Of a stretch of 64,000 nt of DNA, positions 20,395-29,570 are shown one piece after another. The DNA lies in assembly GCA_963737265.1 (NCBI GenBank), contig CAVTRY010000011.1, positions 544,001 to 608,000 of the forward strand, written 5' to 3'. Made by a program: the position numbers and the translations under genes. Under the pieces are notes generated by a model. It was not told the DNA's origin. It saw only the letters and a program-made list of their open reading frames with translations, and ran no database searches. The stretch comes from an uncultured delta proteobacterium (lineage in GTDB: Bacteria > Myxococcota_A > Polyangia > Fen-1088). Position 1 is the first letter of the stretch, and each line of letters begins with the position of its first letter.

Positions 20395-20706
20395 TCATGG
20401 CCTTCGCCCGAGGTCGAAGATGACTTCACCCGGCCGGACCCACCCCAAATCGGCTCGGGCGACGTTTTCCACGGCGCGCGGGCTCGCTCGCAGGGCTTCG
20501 GCGTCGCGCGCCAGGCGTTCGTTCTCGGCGCGCAGTCGGCTGTTCTTGGCCTGTGTCGCCACCAGATCGCGTCGCAGTTGCAGATAGCGGGCAAAGCCGG
20601 AGCGCGCGTAGAGGTGATAGGGCCCGTAGCCGAAGATCGCAGCCAGCAAGATTGCGGCGATGCCTCGCAAAATCCAGGGATGTCCAACGCGGCTTCTGCG
20701 GCTCAT
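20395..20706 (-). CDS. ftsB: Septum formation initiator FtsB/DivIC family
   Basis: Short TM segment, coiled coil and the C-terminal VENVARADLGWVRPGEVIF motif. Confidence 0.9.
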   Translation of the reverse strand: MSRRSRVGHPWILRGIAAILLAAIFGYGPYHLYARSGFARYLQLRRDLVATQAKNSRLRAENERLARDAEALRASPRAVENVARADLGWVRPGEVIFDLGRRP

Positions 20707-20794
20707 GGCGTCTCGGTCACTCAGTATCCGGGCTCGGCCGCTGCCCCGCAATTTTCTTAGCTATTGAGACCTTTCAGCAGTCCGACAACCGCGT

Positions 20795-21458
20795 TTACGC
20801 CTCGATCCGGTTTTGCGGTGACGGTGGGTTCAAGAGCCGCAGGGCGGCGCGAGTGCGCTGCGCTAGCCGTTGCCAAGCCGGCACCTGAGAAAGAAGAAGC
20901 TCACAGTCAAGCCGCTCAAGGAGTCGGGCTCTGTGGCGAGGGAATTCCTTCTTGAGAGCCTGAAGCCTCCTTCCTTGCAAGCCGCTAGCAAGGGCCAATA
21001 TCCCTTTCAGCTTTCGCTTGGGATCCGAAATGCCTTCCACATCCTTTGGCCGGGGGAGCCCCAGGTCGATTCGTGCCGACGGGTTCTCCACCACTGAAGA
21101 ACTGTCCAAAAATTGGACAGTTCTTCAGCAGCCGAGCCAAGGGCTCGGCCGCAGGTGGGGTGAAGTCCGCGAATTTACTTCGCGGACGAGGGGAGGGCAG
21201 CGGCCTGGGCAGCGGCCCTCCCTTCAAAAATCTTCAAGACGGGTCCATTTATGGACACGTCTTGAGCGGATAGCCGCTTCGTTCAGAAGCAACCACGCCT
21301 CGGTTTCGCGTATGGGCACGACCGGGATGGTCTGAACCCGAAGCCCATGCGCCGAGGTTTCAATCTCCGATATACGCAGGTTCTCGTCGGCGGAGTCGGC
21401 GAGGCACCAGCCCAGCATCTGAAGACCCCTCACACACCAAGACAAAACGGACTATCAT
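20795..21458 (-). pseudogene. DUF4276-like (TOPRIM-related) gene disrupted by a MITE and a frameshift or deletion
   Basis: Starts MIVRFVLVCEGSSD at an ATGA overlap. Frame break near 21400, then IPVVPIRETEAWLL..AIRS | MITE | VVENPS..LPRPKDVEGISDPK. Confidence 0.75.
21098..21262. mobile_element. 165-bp MITE, family A, copy 2
   Basis: Flanked by TGA at 21095-21097 and 21263-21265. Removing the element plus one TGA restores the reading I-R-S-V-V-E-N on the minus strand. Confidence 0.92.
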
Positions 21459-22827
21459 TCGTCGGCTGCGCGAAATGCCTCGGGGCTTACGTCCTCAATC
21501 CGAAGCTGTGCCCCGGGTGGAGTCGTGAGATACGCCAGAAAGCGTGGATGTGGGGGTGCCTGTTTCGCTCGGAACCGCGGCACCGACTGCGAACAACAGA
21601 TCATCCGGCCGAACCAGCTGAACGAGAACCGGAGAGTGCGTTGCCACAATCACTTGTCGCATGGGGTTTTCCGGCGAGGGACATCTCTGCACGTCAACTA
21701 CCAGATCGTAGAGCAACTTCTTCATGGCGCTCATTTTCGCCGGATGTATGCCGTTCTCTGGCTCCTCCATGCAGATCAACCCGTCTGCGTCGGGATCCTC
21801 AGCAAGTATCGTCAGCGTGAGAAAGCGCAACGTCCCGTCCGAAAGGGATCGCGCAGGCAACGCCGTACCAGATCCCTCTTTTACCTCAAGGGTGATGAGC
21901 TGGCGGATGTCATCGCGAACCGGTGTCACATCCGTGACGGGGACAAAGTCAGACAAGCGGGAGGCAATCCGGGAATAGATCCGGGCCGCGGCGCCCCCAT
22001 TTCGTTCCGCGATACCCCCAAGCCTATAGAGCGTTGCCGCCAAGTGATCCCCATGGGGACTGACATGGGGATCGCCGTGAAAGCGATCCGCATTGCGCAT
22101 GGAAGAGGCTTCCAGCGCCAGGAGACGCCATTTCTGCATCTCGCGACGAGCAGCCAGTATCGTGGGAGTTGCCGAGGTGTTCGACGTGGCAACGATGGTT
22201 CTTGGGGCGGTCGCAGCAGGAGCCTTCTGTGGCTTGCCGCGACTGCCTCCATCCTGATGGATATGGATCTCCGTCTGTCCATCCTCCGCGGTCTCGGTCG
22301 AAATGAACCCCTCCGCTGTCCGGCGCTTGTTCACGACCGCGTGCTGGCGAAATGCTTGAGCGCTGTGAGGGAAAGCCAGACGTTTTGCGGCCTCACCTTC
22401 GGTTAGGTATTTGAGGCGCTCTGCCAATAGGACCAACCGCCCCATCGTGCCGCCAGGCCCGGGTGGTTCGTAGCCGATATCGATCTCGTAGCGGAGGAAT
22501 GTTCGAGCTCGCCTTCGCTTGTCGCCCGAATTCGTCCGTCACGTTCTCGTTCACAAGCATCTCCGCCGCCAAAGAAAATCTCTGCGACCGGCTACGACCA
22601 TCTGTCCAGAACAGATCGACTAGATCGGTCGTGTCACGGTCTGTACCTCGAACGGCCAGCGCTGCGTCCATGAGGGTATGGTCAGCGAGCAGCGAGAGAA
22701 AGCGGATGGCATCCAGCACATTGGACTTCCCTACGGCGTTTGGCCCCGCAAGGCACGTAAACGCACCAAAGTCAGTCGAGAACCCAATGAGGTTCTTAAA
22801 GTTGTTGGCTTCCAGGCGGGTCAGCAT
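21455..22827 (-). CDS. ABC-type (AAA_21/AAA_15-like) ATPase, frameshifted near 22503 and near 21540 (possible pseudogene)
   Basis: NNFKN, Walker A GPNAVGKS, signature LSDGT, Walker B MEEPENGIHP and VATHSP. The true C-terminus (LAYLTTPPGAQL..) is in the 21455 frame, whose stop overlaps the next ATG. Confidence 0.8.
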
Positions 22828-22972
22828 TTCTGAGTGCCCTGCCACTCTAGACGGATAGTCACACCCTTTCAACCGCGCCCCGGTTGGGCAAGCGCTTTAC
22901 CGTACTGTCTTGTCCGAGCTCCCCCTTATGCCCGAAGGCCAACCGCCGCAGTTTGGGCGGCGGGCTCAAGAG

Positions 22973-23977
22973 CTACGCCCGGCCCTGCTCTTGCCACCAC
23001 AAATAGGTGTCGCGCAGGGTTTCTTCGATGGGACGCGGCCGGTAGCCGAGCTCGCTTTCGGCCTTGCGGCGGTCGGCCGGGCGTTGGTTGCGAAGCACGC
23101 GCAGCGATTCGGATGTGAACAGGGGCTGGCGCCCACGTAGCCGCGCCCAGGCGGCGGCAAACGGCGCCGCCAACCTGGCGAGCGCCATGGGAGCGGCGAA
23201 GCGAGGAGCAGGCTGGCCGGTCACCCTCGCCCACAGCCGCGCCAGTTCCACCAGCGACAGGCGCGCTCCGGAAAGCAAATAGCGCTCGCCGCGCCGACCT
23301 TGCTCCGCCGCTGCTATCGCCGCCGACACGACGTCGCGCACATCCACGAAATCGCAGTCCGCGCTGGCGACCAATGCGGGCAGTCGGCCAGATGCCAGCG
23401 AAAGCAAGACCTCACCCATCGGCGAGGGCTGGAAATCGAAAGGGCCGATGACCGCCGTGGGATTGAGAATGACGGCATCGAGCCCGCGCGCTCCCGCGAT
23501 GAGAACGAGCCGCTCGGCCTCGGCTTTGGCGAAGTCGTAGGCTCCCCGCCCGTCGCCCGCCTGCACGAGTCGGCAGTCTTCATGAACCGCGTCCCGGTCG
23601 GGCACCAGCGCCTGCACCGAGCTGAAATGCACCAGCCGCCGCACGCCGGCCGCCACGCAGGCTTCGACCACGTTTGCGGTACCGACGACGTTGATCTCGC
23701 GCACGACGGCCGCGGGCGCCCACCCAGCCGAGACCTTGGCGGCGAGGTGATAGACGCAATCCGCTCGCGCAAAAGCCGAAACGAGGCTCGCGCGATCGAG
23801 CACATCGGCGCGCACCGCTTGAACGGGCAAACCGTCAATGGCGCGGGTTTGGCGACGAATCAGGGCGCGCACCGAATGCCCGTGCGCGAGCAGGCGGCGC
23901 ACGAGATTTCCGCCCACATGGCCAGAGGCTCCGGTCACCACCGCGAGCCGCGGGTCAGATCCGCCACGAGTCGCCAT
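22973..23977 (-). CDS. NAD-dependent epimerase/dehydratase (dihydroflavonol reductase/HpnA-like SDR)
   Basis: VTGASGHVG, HFSS, YDFAK (YxxxK) and FVDVRDV. Confidence 0.9.
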   Translation of the reverse strand: MATRGGSDPRLAVVTGASGHVGGNLVRRLLAHGHSVRALIRRQTRAIDGLPVQAVRADVLDRASLVSAFARADCVYHLAAKVSAGWAPAAVVREINVVGTANVVEACVAAGVRRLVHFSSVQALVPDRDAVHEDCRLVQAGDGRGAYDFAKAEAERLVLIAGARGLDAVILNPTAVIGPFDFQPSPMGEVLLSLASGRLPALVASADCDFVDVRDVVSAAIAAAEQGRRGERYLLSGARLSLVELARLWARVTGQPAPRFAAPMALARLAAPFAAAWARLRGRQPLFTSESLRVLRNQRPADRRKAESELGYRPRPIEETLRDTYLWWQEQGRA

Positions 23978-23993
23978 CGGAGAATCTCGTGGG

Positions 23994-26241
23994 CTACGGT
24001 CTGTTCAGCAGGGCAAGCACGGCGTCCTTGGCGCACTTGTCGCAATAGCCGAAGCGCTGCTTGAGATTGTCGAGGGTCGTGCGAACCGCCACCACGGCGT
24101 CGGGGAGCATCTGGTCTGGCCCGTCGACCAGGTAGACCAACAAGTCCTGGTTGATCTTGCCGACCTGGCGCTTGCGCTCGGAAAAAAACGCCTCGCGCAG
24201 ATCGGCGATGGGCCGGGGAAAGATGCGTTCGTAGTCGGGACGCTGGGCGGGATTGTCGAGCGACCAGGCGCCGATTTTGGAGATGACCTCGCGGCGAAAA
24301 TCGGCGGGCGACATGCCGCTCGTGCGCACGCCGAGCAGGCGCTCGAACGTCGGCCATCAGCTCTTGATCGGGATCTTCGTCGACGCCGGTGAGGGGGTTG
24401 TGCACTTTTTCGTTCTTCACCCAGTACGACAGGTGGGTCACGTAGCGTTCGAAGTGCTCGATGTAGCGTCGCTCTTCCACCAGGCCCATGGAAATGCGCA
24501 CCTCGTCCGCGATGCGCGCGAGCAGGCGGGTCCGCACCTTGTCGACGAAGGCGGCGTGCTCGTGGTAGCCGCCCGGGGCCGGCGCTTGGCGCAGAAACTC
24601 GTACACCGTGGTCGCGCGCACCAGATCGTCGAGCTCGTCGAGCACGGCAAAAGGCGACGAGCACTCGTACTTCGGGCTCTGCGCCGCGTTCATGAGCACG
24701 AGCTTCATCTCGCGCGGCGAAGCGCCGGCGCGCCCTTCGTAGTTCACGTCGTTGTCGCTCTCGCGCGCGATAGTTTCCACGGCCGCCACGAGATTCTTCT
24801 GCTCTTCGTGCGAGAAGGTATCGTTGGTCTCGTCGGCGTAGAGCAGCGCTTTTTCCAGCGGTCCAAGTCGCGCCACGAGGGTGGCCAGCCGCCCCGTATA
24901 TTTGTCGAGCTGCGGGCGCCGCAGGCGGGTGAGGACGGCCCAAAATGCAGCCACCCAAGCCACATGAGGCGCAACGTGGCGCCCGCTTCCCGCCGCGATG
25001 CCTTGCTGAATGTGCTCGTCGTAGATTTGTTTTTCCACGCGAACGTCGAGCAGATAGGGCGCGCGCACCAGCTCCATGCGCCCCTTGAACGACTGGAATT
25101 CTGGCACTTCCTTGAACGCCGCCAGGAAGCTTTCGTTGGACGTGGCGAAGAAAACCGTGTCCACCTCCAGCGTGCCGAAGTCGAGAGATGTCGAGCCGTT
25201 TTCCACCACGCCGAGCAGGTACTTCCACGATTCGAATGGCCGCTTGAGCAGATCCTCGAAATCGAGCGCACCGCGGTTGGCGTCCGCCAGCTCGCCCTGC
25301 AGCTCGAACAACGAAACCGATTGCAAGGCCGAGGGCAGCGCGGTCAGCGAGCGATCCATGGAAATCTGTCGCGTGTGCACGTCGACCGACATCTGGGGCT
25401 CGACCGTGGCCACGGATTGTCGATAGCGGCGCGAAATGAAGAATCGCTCGACCTGCACGTGGCGCAGGACCCTGCCAAGATCGCCGTGGTACGAGGCCAG
25501 CAGAGCTTCAAATATCTGGCGGTTGCGGTGGGACAAGTCGCCATCGTAGAGGTAGCGCGCAGGCCGAAACCCGCCCGCCATTTCCTTGGCGAGGTGGGTG
25601 GCCATGAGCTCGCGGCGCTTGTCGCGCGGCAGGAGCAGAAGTGGGTGGTCGCGCAGCTCGTCGCCGATCTTGGCATCGATGTGCTCGTCTTCAAGGTAGG
25701 CGTACGAGTCGGCGTCGCCGATACCGTCGTGGGCGCCGCCGAAACCGATACCGCCCTTGCTGAGGTGCTGAACCGGAAAGATCCAGCTGAAGCGGTAAAG
25801 CGCGCCTTCTTCCAGATGCGAGTAGTGCTCCATGGCGCGTTCGATACAGGCGACCACGGTCGACTTGGCGCTGCCGTTGGGTCCGTGGAGCAGGATAAGA
25901 CGATTGGTGCGGCCTTCGCGTGCGAAGTTGGAGATCAGGCGGTAGATGGCGGCCTGAACCTCTTCCTGCCCACGCAGGCAGTCCTTGCCGCTATCCCAGG
26001 CGCAGTCGAAAAGGTTGAAGCGCGTGGCTTCGCCGCGCGGTCCACGGATCTTGGTCGTGCCGAAGTGGTCGAACACGTCGCGCACGTACTGGGCCGAGGA
26101 ACGGACTTGCCGGGCCATATCCTTGTCGAGCAGGGAGATGTACTCGGCAAAGGACATGACGCGCCTCGTGCGCGCAAAGCCATCGCGCGTCTCGGCGGAC
26201 AACCGGGCAAGCCAAGCTTTGGGGTCGAATTCTGCCGTCAT
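23994..26241 (-). CDS. prkA: PrkA/YeaG family AAA+ serine protein kinase, apparent frameshift near 24346
   Basis: LLHGPNGSAKST, GELADANRG and YEGRAGASPRE. The C-terminus continues in the 23994..24329 frame after GCTCGAAC (24341-24348). Confidence 0.88.
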
Positions 26242-26339
26242 AGAACCTCTTTTTGAACCTCTTTGAGGGTAGCACGACCCCGAGGGTGGTCGCCGAGCGT
26301 ATTCCCTCTTGCGACGAGGCACGGTATAGAGTCGGAACC

Positions 26340-27092
26340 ATGATCGTCCTGAGGTTCGCTTCGTGCCCTTACCCTCGCCGCCGTCGCGTGCTCGCTGCCC
26401 TTCTTGTCGGGTTTGTTGCAATCGCCTTTCTGCCCATCACCACGCAGGCCGCGCCCACGAAAAAGGGCGGAAAAGGCGCTGCCACGCACGACGATGCCAG
26501 CCTAGAAGGCGAATCGCCGCCGACCGCGGCGCCGTCGTTGCCCCCGCCGGGCACGAGCCCGCTGGCGGAGCTCAAGAAGTCGAACGCGGCGCTCAAGAAG
26601 CTTTTTCAAAAGCAGCCACCGTCATGGTCGCCCGAGAGCGATGCCAAGCGCAGCGACACGCGCAAGATCGTCTCGGGATTTTTGGACTTCGAGGAGCTCG
26701 CCCGACGATCCTTGGCGCGCCACTGGGACGAGATCGCCCCGAAACAACGGACTGAATTCGTCGGCGTTCTGCGCGACCTCATCGAACGCAATTACATCAA
26801 ACAGGTCAATGGTCAGCCCAACTACAATCTGCGCTTCGAGAAGGAAACCATCAACGGCAGCGAAGCGACGGTGCATGCGACCCTGGACAGCGAAAGCAAC
26901 GGCAAGACAGTCGCGGTCAGCATGGAGTACAAGCTGCTCTACAAAGGCAGCCACTGGTGGGTGTACGATGTCGTCACCGACGAGCAAAGCATGCTGGAAA
27001 ACTACCGCGCGGAGTTCAACAAGATCATCAACAAGGAATCCTTCGATGCCCTCCTCAAGCGCATGAAGAAGCGTTTGGAGAATACCGAGTAG
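26340..27092 (+). CDS. mlaC: MlaC/Ttg2D family phospholipid-binding periplasmic protein
   Basis: Signal peptide, DFEELARRSLARHW and WWVYDVVTDEQSMLENYRAEFNKII. Confidence 0.85.
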   Translation: MIVLRFASCPYPRRRRVLAALLVGFVAIAFLPITTQAAPTKKGGKGAATHDDASLEGESPPTAAPSLPPPGTSPLAELKKSNAALKKLFQKQPPSWSPESDAKRSDTRKIVSGFLDFEELARRSLARHWDEIAPKQRTEFVGVLRDLIERNYIKQVNGQPNYNLRFEKETINGSEATVHATLDSESNGKTVAVSMEYKLLYKGSHWWVYDVVTDEQSMLENYRAEFNKIINKESFDALLKRMKKRLENTE

Positions 27093-27105
27093 ATCGCTCG
27101 GACGC

Positions 27106-28068
27106 GTGAGAGGATTGTCGTTCATCGTGCGCTTCAAGAGTTTCTTACCGGCAGTTCTGGTCGTCGCGTCCAGCCAGGCGGCCCTGGCGCAGTCCGGACC
27201 GCCCGCGGATGCCGCAGCGGCAAAGGCGCCGCCGGCGGCGCTCGTCCCCGCGACCAGTACCGCCGCTCCCGCCCCCATCGCTTCACCGGTCTTGATACCG
27301 GCTCCCACGTCGCAACACGCGCCGTCGCCGTTGGCCCCGCCCTCCGCTCACGGGGGAGTGATGTCCGCCCGAGTGGCCGTCACCGAGTTCAAAGTCGAGG
27401 GCGAAGGCGCGTCGCCAGCCCTGTCGATGCAACTTCAGGACGGCTTCGTGGTGGGCGTGACACGCAAGGCACCCATCTACGTCCTTGATTCGGTCGACGT
27501 CGCACGCTACATGGACACATTTCCCGAGCTGCAGAAGTGCGACGGTTCGATCTGCGTGAAGCGATTCGGACAGCTCCTCGACGTCAGCCACCTGATTAAG
27601 GTCAATGTAAAAGTGAGCGGCAACAGTTACGCCATGACCGCGCGCTTGCTCAGCACGGAAGAGCCCACCCCGGCCATGGTTCCGGTGGACACCGAAACCC
27701 GTTTTTGCAACGTCTGCACCGTGGACGAAGCTAGGCAAAGGATGGTCCAGCTTGGCGACGAGGTGAAGCGGCCAGTCGAGTCCTGGCTGGATACATGGCG
27801 ACCGCCGCCGCCGCCGCCGCCACCACCGAAATCCTGGCGCCGCCCGCTGGCCGCGGTTGGCATCGCCGTCGGCTTCGCTACCGCCGCCGCTGGAGGCGCA
27901 CTGTTCGCCAACACCGGCTCGACAGACAGCAGGTGGAAGGCGGGCGTGGCAGGCTTGATGTTGGGCCTCGGCGCCGGAGCAACCGCCGTCGGGTGCTACG
28001 TTCTCGTCGCCTTACCCTCCGAACCGAACAGACCCGCGGCAAGCCTTTCCATCGGTGGCAAGTTCTGA
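27106..28068 (+). CDS. Secreted hypothetical protein with C-terminal hydrophobic hairpin and terminal ...IGGKF
   Basis: Signal peptide, Pro-rich linker, CxxxxC and CxxC motifs, two C-terminal hydrophobic segments. Confidence 0.7.
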   Translation: MRGLSFIVRFKSFLPAVLVVASSQAALAQSGPPADAAAAKAPPAALVPATSTAAPAPIASPVLIPAPTSQHAPSPLAPPSAHGGVMSARVAVTEFKVEGEGASPALSMQLQDGFVVGVTRKAPIYVLDSVDVARYMDTFPELQKCDGSICVKRFGQLLDVSHLIKVNVKVSGNSYAMTARLLSTEEPTPAMVPVDTETRFCNVCTVDEARQRMVQLGDEVKRPVESWLDTWRPPPPPPPPPKSWRRPLAAVGIAVGFATAAAGGALFANTGSTDSRWKAGVAGLMLGLGAGATAVGCYVLVALPSEPNRPAASLSIGGKF

Positions 28069-28203
28069 CTTAAACAGATCCTAGTGGAGCACATTGTGCA
28101 GCTCTGAAGTCTTCACATCGGAAGCCACGTTAGGATTGTTGAGGCCCACGGAATCGCGATGAGTGGCTGAACTTTTCCGCGGACGTGCCGAAAAGCAGGA
28201 GCA

Positions 28204-29145
28204 GTGGAAAGATATACTCCGGTTCCAAGCGATTTCGGTGAGGTCGCGGATCTTTGGCTTGATGGCGCGTCGCCAAGCGAGTCCGATCTTCGCGTTGCAC
28301 GCAGCCTGGCGGCGCGTCTCGGAAGCTTCGAAGGCGTGCGGCCGTTTCCCGCCGTGGTGCAGAGCCTAATCGAGCACGTTTCGCGTCCGGATTTCGACCT
28401 CAACGATGTCCGCAAGTTGATAGAGCTCGATCCTGCGTTGGCATCGCGGATTCTGCGGGTGGCCAACTCGGCTGCCTACCGCGGCCTCGGGCACTGTACG
28501 TCGGTCGCCCAAGCCGTGGTGCGCATCGGCGCGACGAACGTCAGCGGACTAGCCATGGCCATGTCCGCGATGGCATGGTTTCACGATCTCGGTGGCGTCG
28601 GGCGAAAGATTCGCGACCACTCGGCGGGAACCGCAGTCGTCGCGCGTGAGCTGGCGGTGAGCTTGGGCTGCGCGCAACTGTCTTCCAAGGCGTTCTTGGC
28701 CGGGCTTCTGCACGATATCGGCAAGCTGCTGATCATTCAAACCGGCGACAAGGCGTACGCCGAGCTGGTCGCGCGAGAGATGGTGCCTTCCAGCGTCCAT
28801 CTCAAGGAGACATCCATGTGGGGCTTCGACCATGGGCTGCTGGGCGCCCACGTGCTCAGGTCCTGGAACATTCCCGCACCCATTCCTCAGCTCATCGCGT
28901 GGCACCACCAACCGAAAGGCGGACACTGCAGCGCGACTGGATGGGCCCAGGCGCTGGATCTGCTGCGTATAGCGGACGTCGTTGATTGGCTGCTCGGGCA
29001 GGGTTGCCCGGCCAGCTCACCATGGGTGGCGCGGTTGGCGGCCTCGCCCGATGGCTTCCGCGCTGGGCTCGGCGCCGACACATTACCTTCGCTGTGGGAT
29101 GATTTGCGCACCATTCGTGACGAGGCGCTGGACGTCTTCGGATAG
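28204..29145 (+). CDS. HDOD domain protein
   Basis: DPALASRILRVANSA, AGLLHDIGKL, FDHGLLG and WHH. Confidence 0.9.
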   Translation: MERYTPVPSDFGEVADLWLDGASPSESDLRVARSLAARLGSFEGVRPFPAVVQSLIEHVSRPDFDLNDVRKLIELDPALASRILRVANSAAYRGLGHCTSVAQAVVRIGATNVSGLAMAMSAMAWFHDLGGVGRKIRDHSAGTAVVARELAVSLGCAQLSSKAFLAGLLHDIGKLLIIQTGDKAYAELVAREMVPSSVHLKETSMWGFDHGLLGAHVLRSWNIPAPIPQLIAWHHQPKGGHCSATGWAQALDLLRIADVVDWLLGQGCPASSPWVARLAASPDGFRAGLGADTLPSLWDDLRTIRDEALDVFG

Positions 29146-29570
29146 TCGGAACGCGCTGCCACGACCAGATGCGGGCTGCTCGGCGGCCGTTGAAGTCACG
29201 ACCTTCACCGGACGCCTCCTGGCCTAGGAGCTCGTTGACCATCTTGCGGAAGGTGTCGACCGCGATGGGCTTGCGCAGGAGTCTGCTGTTGCCCAGACGT
29301 TCGACACTGGCGTGCGTTCGATCCATCCCAGCGGGCGCAGATGGATCAAGCCCGGGGAATGCGGACGACGATCCGGGTGCTGCGATCCAAGACCGACGAC
29401 AAGCTCGCACGTGCCGCCGAGCGCGCGCGTGGCGCGTTCAACAATCGCTAGGCCATCACCCGCGACTCGCAGGTTGTGACTCGTCGGGACGGCTGCGCTA
29501 TTTGCATTGACCACCGGCATGGTCCGCATGTACTGAAATCATGACGGAAGTGACCGGCCATGAGATCGGC

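Noticed and set aside
21094-21127. Hammerhead ribozyme (CTGAAGA resembles CUGANGA followed by a stem)
   Set aside because: No GAAA follows the stem, and the motif is explained by the target duplication plus TIR.
21098-21265. Intron-like or selenocysteine read-through of the in-frame (168-nt) insertion
   Set aside because: There are two UGA stops with no recognisable SECIS or splicing features, and the gene has a separate upstream frame break.
24253-26256. Long antisense or alternative-frame ORFs (also 10945..12210, 18126..19313, 51705..53177 and others)
   Set aside because: They are shadow ORFs expected in high-GC DNA opposite well-supported genes, and they carry no recognisable motifs.
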